A stretch of 64,000 nt of DNA, taken from Dicyema japonicum (lineage: Eukaryota; Animalia; Dicyemida). Location: the NCBI GenBank assembly GCA_011109175.1, contig RDEW01000062.1:181076-245075 (forward strand). Reading direction: 5' to 3'. The notes under the pieces were generated by a model. The model searched no databases. It worked only from the letters and a program-made list of their open reading frames with translations, and was not told where the DNA came from. Of the stretch, positions 1 to 12,899 are shown one piece after another (within the stretch, counting starts at the first letter, position 1; each line of letters begins with the position of its first letter). A program made the translations under genes and the position numbers.

Positions 1-3000
1 TCAGTCAAAATGACACCTTTTCAACCGAATTTGATATCATGTTGAGCTTACTGTGTTTGGAAGTCTTTGCTGATAGTAGAAACGAGCTATCATCAAACCC
101 ACAACACGATTCTATCCGATTTGTAGTCTGTTATTTCAAAAGACGGACTCAAAAATCTCCAAATTTTACGATTTTTGCCTGCCAGGACGACCGATTGATC
201 GAAAAATCCCGCTTAGGATTTAATGCGGCGGTTATGGTTGAAATGTTTTACTCAGAAGCTGAGCTTATAGAAGGGCTCGTGAGATATATTCTATTGTATT
301 TTTAATAAAATAGTTTAGAATAGATCCTGATCTCCTTGTTGGCTTTGAAACTGATAGATATTCTTGGGCCTATATCACTATGAGAGCTAAGGTGCTGAAA
401 ATTGACTTTATCGACCGAATTGGACGAATAAGATCGACAAACACTTTCGCTGAGCGAAATCTGAGTGATGATGTCATTAATGGCCGGATTCTGCTTAATA
501 TATGGAGAATTATCAAACACGAGGTTTTAATTTGTATTAAATTTATTAAAATATCTATCATTATATTTATCAAATTTCCAAAATGTTATAAAATAGTAAG
601 TAGCTTTCGTGATTTAGTGTCTGTATTATTTCTACGGAAATGCGCTCAATCAGTCATCTTTTTCCCCTTGTCCCTCCTTTTTTGCTTTCAGCGATTTAAT
701 TTATTTATTTCCATTTTTTAAGAAAAATATGTTTATTTTTATTATTTAATTTTTAAAACATTTAATTTCAAGGAAGACTTGTTGAGTTATTCATTTGAAG
801 AAGTCGTGAGGAAAATTTTAAAGAAGAATTTTCCTTCATTTACTCAAAAAACGCTGTTATCATTTTATCAAACCTCTACAAGGCTCAGGTTGCCATTTTT
901 GTCTAAATTAGGCTAAACACTATCCAATATTTTATGAAGAAATGTGAATTAACCTTAGAGCTTATGGACAAGCTTTCCATCATTCAAAAAGCCGCAGAAT
1001 TTTCCCGCGTTTATGGAATTGAATTTTACCACGTGTTATCACGTGGCTCACAAGTTTGAATCTAAGGTTATTTTTATAGTACAGAGTAGAGTCCATGCTG
1101 ATTCGGTTGGCGAAATCTCTCAATTTTATATGCATGTCTCCGAACAGTCATCAAAGAGACAATTCCTGCAAACCTGAACACGTGCCTTTTGTATTTGAAC
1201 CAATTCCATCATTTTATCGTGATCCTGTAGTTGTATTGGACTTTCAATCTTTGTATCCGTCCATTATGATTGCCTATAATTACTGTTATTCTACGTGTTT
1301 GGGGAAAGTGGACAACATTATTGCTTCAAAGTTTGTTTTTTCTGATTTTTTTAAATTTTAAAGCTTAGTTTTACTTTTAGTGGCAATGAATTTGCTTTTG
1401 GCTGCGGTTCTCTAAATCAGTCTACATCTGAACTGAAAAGGATTATTGACAGGATCACTGTTTCTCCCAGTGGAACAGCATTTGTTGACAAGTCTATTAG
1501 AAAGGGCTTGCTTCCTCAGTTAGATATGCATTTAATCACAGATTACTAGAAGAAATTTTAGAATGTAGAATTATGACTAAAAAGGCGGCAAAATACGTTG
1601 ATCAAAATTCTGTTAGTTTTTTTAATTATTTATTATTTTATTTATTTTTATCAACATTTTTATATATATTACCATTATTAATGCACTTTCGCTATGCCAT
1701 GGTCGTCTTAAATAAAACTTCCTGTCCAGCCTAAGTAGAAGATAGTAGTGGCATTACTACTTCTCAATGATAAAGCCGTAAAAAAACTTACTCTAATTAC
1801 GCTCAAAGGACGCAAAATTATTTTTTTACTGTTTAAAACCTCAAATTAATATTTAAACGTAAATTTATTTATTATTCTCCGCTATTCGTCAATTGCCTAT
1901 CCTTAAAGGGCTCAAATCACATATTTAATCGTAAGATCTGGTATACTCTTACTATATATTTGAAATATTTTAATTTTTTAAAATGTATTTTTATTCTTAT
2001 CATCATTTTAATAAATTATGCAAGGCCAAGTTTAACGCCTTGAATTTCCGTCAGCTTGCTCTGAAAATGATCGCCAATGTGACTTACGGGTACACAGCGG
2101 CAATTCATACAGGAAGAATGCCTTGTGTGGAAGTACTATTATAAAATTATATTTTATGTGAGCGACAGCATTGTAAGCAAAGCACGAGAAACTCTTGAAC
2201 GAGCAATAAGATTGGTTGAGACGAATTTCAAAGCACGTGTCATTTATGGAGACACTGATTCGCTGTTTGTTCTACTTGAAGGCAGTTCGCTTGAAAGAGC
2301 ATACCAGATTGGGAACGAGATTGCTCAGGCTGTTACAGCTGAAAATCCTAAGCCAGTAAAGCTTAGATTTGAAAATGTAATAAATGACTTATTTTTAAGG
2401 TATACATGCCTTGTGTGCTACTAAAGAAGAAGAGATATGCTGGGTTTAAATTCCAGCCATTTTCTGACAGTCCTGGCAAGCTGGAAGCCAAAGGGATCGA
2501 GACTGTCAGACGGGATTCTTGTAAATTGACATCAAAAGTTGTTTTTCCTTTGATTTTTAGATTCTAAAGACGGCGCTTAGTAATTTATTTGAGAATGGCC
2601 CTGAAATTGCCAAGAACTACGTAAAGAAGCAAATATTGAAAGTTCTTGAAGGGAGATGTGAATTTTCTGACTTTATCTACTGCAAGATTTTCCGAGGTTT
2701 TGATTTCTACAGTCCTCGTTCAAGGGTTCATGTGGTTGAGATTGCTAAGTAATGGATTTTTATATTTTTAGAAGAATGGAGGATAGAGATCCAATGAGTG
2801 TCCCCCTTAAAGGATCGCGTGTACCGTATGTAATTGTTGAAGGAAGAAGGGTAGAAAAATTGATTAATTTGGTTCGCCATCCTGAGGAGATAACGACCGG
2901 AAAAGTTATTCGTGTTAATATTGACTATTATATTGAGAGAGGCCTATTACCTTCTCTTAATAGGGTATTTTCCCTTGTTGACATGAATGTATTTGAATGG

Positions 3001-3591
3001 TTAGTATTACTTATTCTAGTCCTATGATTAGGTTTAAACTCACTATAAGCGGTTTGTAGTTATTTTTTACTCCAAACTTTTTGATAATTCTTATTTATCG
3101 CTTAAGAATTACAATTAAATTTAGAATATATATTTTTTAAAGATTATATTTAAAGTACTAATAATTTAATAAAAATTATTTTTAGGCGTTCCGAGCTTCA
3201 ACGACAATGCTTCGTACCAGAATCACTAAGAAGGGTTTGTAATCTTAAAATAATGCTTGAAGGGTACTCTATTGGATTACTTTAAATATTCTCGTTGTTT
3301 GGCATGTCATTCGTTGGTTTTGGCTTCGAGATTCTGCAAGGATTGCAAGGACGATTCGGCGAGACTACAAAATGGAGTTTTGCTAAGATTTGGTGATTTA
3401 GAGTGGAAGAGACAGTCGATAAATGAAGTTTGCTCTTTGGCTAAGCATAGTTCTGCAAAAAGTGTTCTGGTGTTGATAATTCGAATGTTTGTTGTCAATC
3501 GTGGTTTTGTCCAATGAAGTTTAAATTCCTCAAAAATGAGCATGACTATGATAAATTGAAGAATATAATTATTTCCCGTGATTTATTTTGA
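1..3591 (+). CDS. REV3: DNA polymerase zeta catalytic subunit, C-terminal part (5' end outside window), multi-exon
   Basis: Spliced translation gives GRILLNIWRIIKHE, RGSQ|YRVESM, VVVLDFQSLYPSIMIAYNYCYSTC, ALKMIANVTYGYT, VIYGDTDSLFV, KKRYAG and the C-terminal Cys clusters CLAC..CKDC / CKKC..CQSWFCP. Stop TGA 3589-3591. Introns mostly 23 nt (296-318, 1519-1541, 2377-2399, 2538-2560, 2749-2771, 3428-3450). Confidence 0.96.
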
Positions 3592-3649
3592 TTTTATATT
3601 AAACTAATTTAATTTTATCATGAATTACAATCAATAATTAAATTAAATT

Positions 3650-3770
3650 AACACAGCCAACCATCCAAGGTGGACCCCGCCAACTTCATCGACGCTGCAT
3701 TGCCTCTCACGATTGCAACAGAAATCAACTGGAGAAGCGGCCGGGTCTCACGTGTAGCTATGCGTCCAAG
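3650..3770 (-). mobile_element. CRE-like RLE non-LTR retrotransposon, 3' end fragment
   Basis: Reverse complement matches 49920-50030 and 62785-62900 (LQLISVAIVRGNA-type C-terminus plus 3' UTR). Confidence 0.7.
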
Positions 3771-3874
3771 TTTCTTTAGGAAGCTAAGCGATTTTTCACT
3801 TATTCCTCCAGTTGTCTCGAACACGATTAAATATTGTATATTAAAAGCTTTAGAAATTTTGAAGTTTTGAAATA

Positions 3875-5340
3875 CAGTAAACTCTCATTAATCTGAAATA
3901 AAATAATTGGATGCCTTTCGGATTGTGAAGGTTATCGGATTATGAAGGGAATAAATAATTAATTTCATTGTAGTTAATTTAATGTTTTCACACATGATAA
4001 TAATCCTTCCATTTTAGCATCAATAATTTCCTCGCCGACATTATAATCTTCACAAAGAATGACGATTTCGTTCTCGTCGAGCATTTCTGTTTGAGTTATT
4101 TCTTATTCATTAGCAATTTCAGTTCTTTTCGATTCCATTTAAAACAGGATTTTTGCATTATATCTTTATTAGCAAATTAATCAAGATATTTAATTGGCCT
4201 CAGTCTTTTTAAAAAGCAATTTTATGGCCTTCTTTTACTTCGTGTGTGAGATACCATAATGATGGCTTTTCGTAAATCCACAAAAGATTCTTTTCAAATC
4301 AAGGATATATAATCTAAAGTTCTTGATTATGCTTACATCCATGGTTGGAAGATGTGCAGTTGTGTTTTTTTTGAAAGGAATAAAATTTCAATTTTTAAAA
4401 ATTTCGGTAAAACGTGGAGCATTATCAATCAGTAAAAAGAACTTTTTTCCGTAACATTTTAATTCACCACTTGATGATGATGAAAATATTAAAAATTATG
4501 TTGTCATTCAAACCTTTTTTTTACATAGTGCAATAATTTTCAATGTCAAAATCTTTTAAAAATCTCGGTCATTTAAAATTGCCAATAAAAAGGATTAATT
4601 TTTATTGTTCCAGTTTCATTAGAACAAGAGCTATAGTATTTTCACTTTTGATTGCTTTATGCTATTTCTATCTTAAGATGAAATTGTTCCAGAAGGGTAA
4701 GATTGAAAAAAGAGTTCAGTTTCAGTCATGTTTAGTAATACGTCATGGTCAACCTCTTTTAACTAATCATATTTGTCTATTCAAATTAATTTCATCTTGT
4801 GTTAAGCTGTTAGCTTCTCCGTGAAGAACTTTTAGTTTAAGATTAAAGTTTCCTTTAAATCTGTGTAGCTTTTACTAATTTCAAAATCATTGATTCCAAG
4901 CTTTTCACCAAATACTTTAGCTTATGAAATGATGATATCTTTAGTAATAAAACCATTAATTTTATCCACTCAACAAGTGAATTATCAAGTTGATGATGTT
5001 TACTACTTGGCCGTTTTGACTTGTTTATCGTAGTTTCACAGTTTTTCCAACTTTCAGAGTTTTTTAGAATTTCTGAAAGTGTAGAAATTCCCAAATAAGA
5101 GTTCATTTTTATTTCACAGATATGGGATAATTCTTTGAGACTCATATTTGATATATTTTTATTTCACAAATATTACTTTTTTCTAACAATTTGGTACTGT
5201 TAGATTTTAAATTTAAATGTAAATTCATCTGAATGTATGATAAAAACAAAATAAATTAATCCGAAATTTTTAATAAATGTCTTTCGGATTGCGGATTATA
5301 AAGTTTCGGTTTATGAAGTTCGATTAATGAGGGTTTACTG
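3875..5340 (-). mobile_element. Tigger/pogo (Tc1-mariner superfamily) DNA transposon, degenerate transposase
   Basis: TIRs CAGTAAACTCTCATTAATC (3875) and GATTAATGAGGGTTTACTG (ending 5340), with TA on both flanks. Minus-strand ORF 4855-5145 resembles CENP-B HTH (HHQLDNSLVEWI), followed by broken DDE remnants. Confidence 0.9.
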
Positions 5341-5914
5341 TATTTATTTTCTACTTAAAATTATCTGCTAATCTATTTTTAGTTTCTCAAATTTTTAACT
5401 TTACAATTAACAGCGATTGTTTTAATTTGGAAATTAATTTTAATTATAATTAATGGTCCCCTAGTAGTAACATGAGATTGTATTGTGAGCAAGTTTCTAT
5501 AAAAACCATCAAAACGAGATATATTCAAGTGGATGACACTATACGGGAATATATTCAGACTATCGTGATAAGAAGATCTTTGAGAGTATGCGTGTGGAAC
5601 GTAATATGGGTTGGCCACACCTGACGACTCACAAGAAAGTGATGTCGATATTGAGAAGATTGACGAGACATGCTATTGGAAAATGCTGCTTGCTTGAGAG
5701 TCTGAATGAAAAAATTGTGGGAAAGAAAACTCAGCACGAGAAGGCCAAAACTATTTACTACGAAGATCCGGTAAGAGGATGGTATGGTTCAGTGGGGAGA
5801 CGAATTAATTGAAATCAACTCTATTAATTCATTTTAATTAATTCTTTAAAATAAATTCGGTTTTTTAAAAACAAGAGCATTTATAAAGTTTTAGCTATTT
5901 ATCCTAGCTGACAT

Positions 5915-5985
5915 AATTAACGTGGTGTTCCCTCTCACGATAGCAGAAATCAACTGGAAGAACGATCGAGTTTTCCGGACGTCAT
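5915..5985 (-). mobile_element. CRE-like 3' end fragment
   Basis: cctctcacgatagcagaaatcaactgga is similar to 3705-3735. Confidence 0.5.
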
Positions 5986-6049
5986 TTAGTTAGTCCGACG
6001 TTCCTGTCTTTTTGAGAAAAAAAGCCCCGCATGTGAAGCAAAGAAACAA

Positions 6050-6234
6050 GGTTAGATGTCATTTTTTTCCATGCTCCCCTGTTCCTAGTCAAGGCTCTCG
6101 TGTTGTCCAGGTCGTCGGCATTTTTAGATTTCTTTTTGATATTGACCAGGTTTTTTTGTAAACTATTGGCAGTGTTGTTCTAAAAAATTATACATTATCC
6201 ATTCTTTGACGAGACAATCCTTTTGCTTTAATCG
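6050..6234 (-). mobile_element. RTE-like retroelement 3' end fused to a 51-bp copy of an AK8 exon
   Basis: Minus strand reads ADDLDNTRALTRNRGAWKK, like the C-terminus of the 9003 element. 6184-6234 matches 7065-7115 at 50/51 nt. Confidence 0.65.
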
Positions 6235-6344
6235 GTTCTTTTATATTGACGTGAATATTTCTATTCGCCTTTAACTGTTAGAAATACTCTTCCAGGAACT
6301 TTATTTCGATTTTAAATTTTAGCAGTAAAAATGACTTGACGCTT

Positions 6345-6540
6345 TGCCTTGACTAGTGACGACATCATCAGTGAATAAATCACTGCGTGACTGGATTGTC
6401 TATCAAGGACATACACGCAACAAAAATAAAACAAGTGAAGAGAGTTCCTTGGTTTCCCTCTACGATTAGTCATCATAACTGTTCTTTAAAGTCTGTGTCC
6501 TGCCTGAGCGAGCTATAGCTAATATGGCTATTAGTAGAAG
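6345..6540 (+). mobile_element. tRNA-derived SINE family 1, 5'-truncated
   Basis: Shares the core catcagtga..tcactgcg..ctggattgtcta and the tail with 37569-37890. Confidence 0.8.
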
Positions 6541-6647
6541 TGCAGTTTTTGACAATAAAAATCTTAGATTTTAATTTTAAAATTTTCTTATAACTAAAAT
6601 CAAATATTCAAGTTTTAACGTTAATTCTTAAATTATGTTTAAATATG

Positions 6648-8327
6648 TTAGCGCTGTAAATAATGAAGATGTGCATCAATTGTTTCAAATATTGTTAGAA
6701 TGTCCTGTTCTCCGTTGATGACGACTCCAATCTTTTTATCCATAAAATATTTCTATTTTATTAATTTAGTTTACTCTTAAATCTTTTTCATTTTCATTAA
6801 ATTCGGCAAGTTGTTTATTTAAGGGATATTCGAAATTTTTTGGATTCTGGACTAATCTTCGGGCAATGTAGCCAGATTCGGGTGGATTTGATCTCAAATT
6901 GTAACTTTTTCCAGTTATTGGGTCCGTTCTTTTTAGGGTCTTTCGTTCTACCACCGTTTCATCGTTCATTTCAATGAAGAATACTCTACATTGTCATATT
7001 TAAAATACTTATCAGGGTTAATGTTTGAATCACCAAGCAACAGAGCTTCATTCAAAGTTTCTGGAAAATTATACATTATCCATCCTTTGACGAGACAATC
7101 CTTTTGCTTTAATCGTTCATTCAAACATTTTATTTTTATCGAAGGGGGAACTAAACTCTATTTACTTTAAATTTACTTGGACTTTGAGTTTCATTATATT
7201 CTAAAATAAGGTCTCCTAAAGTTGTTTTCCTTTCTATTTCTTGTTTTATGAGATGTTTTACGGAAACTTTAATAAACTGACAAAAATAAACTTTGACCGA
7301 ATTCATAACGTTTTGAAAGTAAATCTGCAATTTTAGATTTTCCACTGCAGGGTGGACCAATTATAATTATTTTCGGCACACGCGGAGAGCAGCTTGCTTT
7401 TTCCCAGGAAACATAGAAAAAGACTAAAGAATTCGTGTAATTAATTTTTACCTTCTTTTACTACATCCTTAAATGGGCGATTGGAGTTTATTTTTTTTAC
7501 ATTATTGTAGGCTTCCTCAAAACGTGTTTTTTCCCGATGGTACTTTACCAATGATTCCAACATTTGCTGATTACTGTAACGCTCTGACCATTCAAGTTCA
7601 ATTTCTTCAGGTGGAGGGTTATACAACAGGTTGTAAATTTCTTTATTTTTATTTACAAAATTAACTCCCAGTTTTCACGTCAATTCTAGCATTTTCTGCA
7701 CGAGTTATAAGGGATCCATCATCCTGAGTTGTCAAATGGACTTTGTTATTTAAATATCAAATACCGACGTGTGTCGGAAAGACTCCGAGAGATTGAATAT
7801 TTTGAAACAATTCTTTGCTGTCAATAATTCCGTCAATGACCCATCCGTACATACGGCAGTCGAACTGGTTAGTACGATCTGATATCATTTTGCGATCAAT
7901 TCAAGTGGAACTGGCTTTATTTATTACAATCAAATATCAATACTGCATCGGAATTTATCAAATCGGAAATTTTTTCTCTCGTTTCATAATTGGCATCTTC
8001 AAATAGGGAATTTATCGTGATGATTTTCACTTTAAATTCTTCATTCAACTTTTGGGCTAACGATGACTTGCCAGAAGCTGGAGGACCGTATAAAATTATG
8101 CGTGGCACTTGAAAGTAAATTTAAAAATATTTACTATCATTATGCAGCTGATCAAGTTCATTGATCAAAAAATCTATTGGGCTGGTTGGTTTGTTCACTA
8201 TTAAAGATTTCATCAAATTCTAAATTGAGCCATTGGCTTTTACTCCAAAAAAGTCAAATAATTTATTTTTCTCGGCGTAGTCCATAAATTCTTTTGGCAA
8301 TTTTAATGGCCTTGAACATTGGTCCAT
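6648..8327 (-). CDS. AK8: Adenylate kinase 8 (ciliary, two AK domains)
   Basis: MDQCSRPLKLPKEFMDYAEKNKLFDFFG|NLMKSLIVNKPTSPIDFLI..VPRIILYGPPASGKS parallels vertebrate AK8. Second P-loop VPKIIIIGPPCSGKS, KGWIMYNFP, LID RTDPITGKSYN..NPP. Stop TAA 6648-6650. Confidence 0.88.
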
Positions 8328-8479
8328 TGTAAAGATTTTATTTCTATAGCACCAAATCGTATTTAAATTTATAAAATAAAATTTTATTTTAAATTAAAAT
8401 AAATTTAAATTTATCACTTAATTAGAATAGTTGGAACCTCTATAATAATGTATATGTTGGAACCTCTCTAATAAGTCAG

Positions 8480-8985
8480 CAGTAACCCTATTCACTAAGA
8501 ATAGAAAGATGGGAACGCAAACAATTGATGTCACGTTAAATGGAGTACCTATACCACAAAAGAAATCGCAGAAGATACTGGGAGTAACCTTTTATACTTT
8601 CCTCTGCTTTTCAGCTCATGTGGAATCTATCATATCAACCTGCGCAAAGAAGATCAATTTTGTAAAAGCCTTTTTTAGGAACTGTGGAAGAATTTATCCG
8701 CCAGGTATCGGGACTCTCTACAAGCAGTAAATCGAGCCAACAATAAGCTATGCATGTGCTGCGAGAGGATCTAATCTGGCGGCAACGAACCTAATAAAAA
8801 TTCAAGAGATCCAGTCAAAAGCAATAAAGTTACTGGAGAAATATACGAATAAAGAGATTGCCCCCAGAACACTCGAGTCTATCATAAAGGCAACTGGAGG
8901 CAATTTCAGAAAAAAGACCCCCCGTCCGTATAGAAAACGTGTGGGGTCACGGTCGGAGCATCGAGAAAAGATGGCCCGATTCCGC
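8480..8985 (+). mobile_element. Vingi/Ingi-like non-LTR retrotransposon, 3' fragment
   Basis: IDVTLNGVPIPQKKSQKILGVTF and downstream sequence parallel 34148-34800. Confidence 0.75.
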
Positions 8986-9002
8986 TTGTGCCGTATTTTT
9001 CT

Positions 9003-10513
9003 TCAGGTTATTCTTTCTCCCACAATTCTCTTAACTAACTTTCTCCATGCTCCACGGTTACTGGCAATTATTCTGAACGTATCCAAATCGTCTCCTGTTT
9101 TCAGCTTTCGTCTTACATTGGTCAGGTCTTTGTGTAGAACCTCTGGCAAAGTTATTCGAGGTCTTCCACGGAACGAGGTATTCACTTCTGGGCAGAAATA
9201 GTTCTCCATTGCTATTTTAGCAGGCGTCATCTGGCTCATCCGAAGGATGTGACCAAATACACGCCATTTTGATTCAATGATATCCAGACTCAATGGTCTT
9301 GCATTACATATTTTGTGTAAATTCTTGTTTGATTTTTTTGGCCAGTTGATCCCAAGCAACAGTCGGAGTTGTCTACGATGGAAAGCATCTAGTTTGTTCA
9401 TTACCGCTTGTGAGACTCCCCAGGTTGCAGCGTTGTACATTAAAACCGGTTTCACGAAGGCATTGTATAGTCTTACACGTAATTGTGTGCTAATTTGTTT
9501 ACAATGATTCCAGACTACTCCTATTTTTCTAAATGCCTCGACGGCCAATATTTTTTTGTTAGTGATATCCTTAGCGTCTCCGAGCAAAGACCCCAATTTT
9601 GTACAGTATCTCCATTTTTCATCAGTTCGGGTTAATTCACGGCATATGGTTGTTGTCTCCGTCTTTTCCGTATTGATTTTGATGAACCATTTTTCTAGCA
9701 CGGGGAAAACTTCAAACAATTCGATGGTGAAAACGAGAACTAAATATTCCGATAACGATTCTGGAAACAAAAAAAGCCCTGGACAAATTAAACAACGATG
9801 GAGCTGGTGGCCCTGACAACATAAATGCAGAACTTCTCAAATTTGCACTGACCGAGATCTCTGAGCTATTAACTGAGATATACAACAAAACATTCAAATA
9901 CAACTCACCCCTGGATGTGGGTAATGGCACACTAATTGCACTACAAAAACTGGGCAAAGCTAAGGGCCCCTTAGTGAATTTAAGACCCATCGTACTATTG
10001 ACGACTCTACGCAATACACTATCACTTATAGTGTTGAATAGGATTCGATCTGACATTGAGTACTTTCTCTCCCACGGTCAAAGAGACTCAGGTCAGGGAG
10101 ATCTTACAGCTGATGTGGTCTGGGGACATCGATGGCTTTGTGCAACACATCAAAAATACAAGAGGGCTACTGGCATCCTTGGCATGGACATGTCCAAAGC
10201 CTTTGACTTTATACACAGAGGGAGACTTTTTGATATCTTGGAGAATTTGGTTGGCGAGGACAATGTCAGAATGATCCGTCTATTACTTGGAACAACGCAG
10301 CTAAGTGTACGTTTTGCAATTTTGGAGTCTGTCCCATTCGAGACAACGTTCGGGATATCGCAGGAAGATTCCTTGTCACCGGTACTTTTTGTGACATATC
10401 TGGAGGCGGCACTCAGAGACTTCAGACTATTAATTGACGACTTACCTCAAACTGAAGTGATTTATGCAGATGATATCGCCTATATATCCAGCGACGAGAA
10501 AACATTAAACTAG
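9003..10513 (-). mobile_element. RTE-related non-LTR retrotransposon with inverted 5' segment
   Basis: Minus strand 9003-9723 encodes the post-YADD RT and C-terminus (LGSLLG, RLYNAFVKPVLMYN, FGHILR, RGRPR). Plus strand 9724-10513 encodes RT domains 0-5 (GPDNINAELLK, RPIVLL, DMSKAFD, DSLSPVLF, YADD). Confidence 0.9.
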
Positions 10514-10544
10514 CTTAACAAATGTATTTAAAAAAATAATATTT

Positions 10545-11537
10545 TTAATTACATAAATTTGGATTGCCAGAAGTATGCATCCACGCATCTTCAATCTGAT
10601 TAGGTTTCATATAATGAGATGAAATTATATTTTTGTACTTACAATAATTTTTGTTAACAAAATAAGCATTAAACCCTGAATCGTGAATTATTTCTATGGT
10701 GGTATTAACAATACAAATTCCTTCAAATCGTAATTATAATTTACCTGTGAAAAATACATCTTCAAATCTCAACCAGCGTCTAAAGTCACATATTTTCATT
10801 ATTTTTTTGAGTGTGCTCATTGACATCGCATAAGCAGAACCTTGGCAGTATGTAGGATAAAATTCATCCGGAAATTCATTTTGTGAGATAAACCTTGTTA
10901 TAAAAATTTTTTGTTACCATTTGTATTTTTGGCTGCGTAATGGTTTTGTATTATTTACTTTTTTGCAAAGGAAGAATTCAGTCTTTTTAATCATCCCCAA
11001 TTTTTCGATTAAATTTTTCACATTTAGAAATATATCATCGTCGGTTTTTACCACAAATTTTGTGTTAAATTTAATTCTTAGGATTAAAAAAATTAGTGAA
11101 ACATATGTTTGTATGTCCAATATGACTTGGCTGTTAATTGGCCGTAATTGTCTTCAAATTGATTAATATACAAAATGTCGCTTTCTTTTTGCATTTCTCG
11201 CATCAAATCGTCTTCGAACTTTGAATTTTTACCGACTGAAAACAGAAATTTTATTGGGCAATCATAAAATGAAACGTTTCCCCAAGTTTTCCTAATTGCT
11301 TTACGGCGATTATAGTTTTGTGGACCTAAAATGATTATTTTCTAAAACTTGAAGTTACGATAATCATCAAAAAATATTTATGATCAGAATTCACGTTTTC
11401 TTTATAATTTCTGATCTTTTTAGTAATTTGAATTGAATAATTTTCTTTAATTAGAGAGATAAACAAATATAATCCAATAGAAACAAAGAATAAATAGAAA
11501 GCTTTTTTAAAAACTAGAAATAACAACTTCTGTACAT
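10545..11537 (-). CDS. GT31 beta-1,3-galactosyltransferase-like, copy 1
   Basis: N-terminal TM, RRKAIRKTWG, FVVKTDDDIFLNV, YPTYCQGSAYAMS, FEDVFFTGIC. Open after removing 23-26 nt introns. Start codon inferred. Confidence 0.85.
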
Positions 11538-11677
11538 TTCTGTCTCATCAAAATTTGCCAAAAATTGCGATTTCTTAATTAATATTAATTAAATTTCATT
11601 GATTGTTTTTAACATAATCTGTCGATAGGATCAATTTAAAATTTTTTTAAAGACAATTATTTAACGAAGAAACAATG

Positions 11678-11900
11678 TTAGTTAAGGAAGCCGGCTGCAT
11701 AGATCGCGAACGAGTTCCCTCGGAGTATGGCCATTCCAATCTTTTGTCTCAGCCATAACCATCCTCGTTGATCCCTTTTCTTTCTGGCAAGCAATCCTCC
11801 GAGTTCGCGCAAGAACTCAGCCGTCATTGGACCAACGGCTCCCGATGACTCGACCGCAAATTTTATTTTCGCAGTTATAATTATGGACACTTTTTTTCAT
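11678..11900 (-). mobile_element. CRE-like 3' fragment
   Basis: FAVESSGAVGP..WLRQKIGMAILRGNS. Confidence 0.75.
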
Positions 11901-12899
11901 TCTTATTTTAAAAAAGTGTCGCGATTTTTTTGGTTGGGGTGGTGACGTGCCTCTCTTGCACAAATATCTTTTACGTTTGATATCCACCAGCCCGTTCTCT
12001 CTTGACACATAAATATCAGAGGACTCAATCTTAAGTATAAAAAACTTCAGCTTGCACTAGATCTGGAACGATACAAGCTATCCACGTTGCCTACGGGAGA
12101 CGAAAATAACAGACAACGTAACATTGCAAAATTGAAAATTACTGCCTGATTACCCTCCCAAAACATGTCGACACTATGGATTTGGATTTTCAATAGGTTG
12201 TATATCCAGGGTGTGGTCCGTCTTTAATAGAATTGCTGTGCTACAAATTAAATGGGGAAATAGCATCGAAGAGGATGTGTTGTACGATATTGAACGTGGC
12301 ACAAGAAAAACTCAATTAATATACGATTTTTGGGAGTGGTTATTGACAATAATAATAATACCGCGATAACAGAGTATTTATTTAATAACTCGGAATATAT
12401 CAGAAGGAGGTTTAGAGTTAATTAACTATTCTTTCCCGGGGGACAATGTCGTCACCTGGAGACAAGTTCTGGAACGCTGGAACGAGTCAGGATCAAGGAG
12501 TTAGTTTGGCTACCCATGGTCTTTTGAATAATTTTAATTTAATTTTAACGGATAATTATGGTATATTCAGTTCCCACGATCTGAGTGAGACGTGTCCTTC
12601 CAGAAACAAGTCCATTCATATCCGACATTATGGGAACCCATCCAGTTAAGTAAGGAAAAGTAAATTTTTTTCGGATGCTGGTCAGACACTGGGTGTCTCC
12701 TGACGTCTCTTAGAATTCAAGAAGATACAGAATGTTTAGGAATCCTACGACCAAATAAATAGCACTGTGGAAATCAAATTCACAATTAATAGCGATAAGT
12801 AACTGCATTAACCACTATATTACCTAGTCATAGCAAAATTTTACTTAACGAGCAAAAACTTTATTAGGCAAAAACAAGTTAGGGAAGAGCTATTTTTGT

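Noticed and set aside
302-573. Antisense ORFs over REV3 and similar shadow ORFs over TEs in the ORF track
   Set aside because: Opposite-strand shadows of real coding sequence with no independent motifs.
5480-5812. Short ORFs as a host gene
   Set aside because: LRVCVWNV suggests a decayed APE endonuclease; too weak to call either way.
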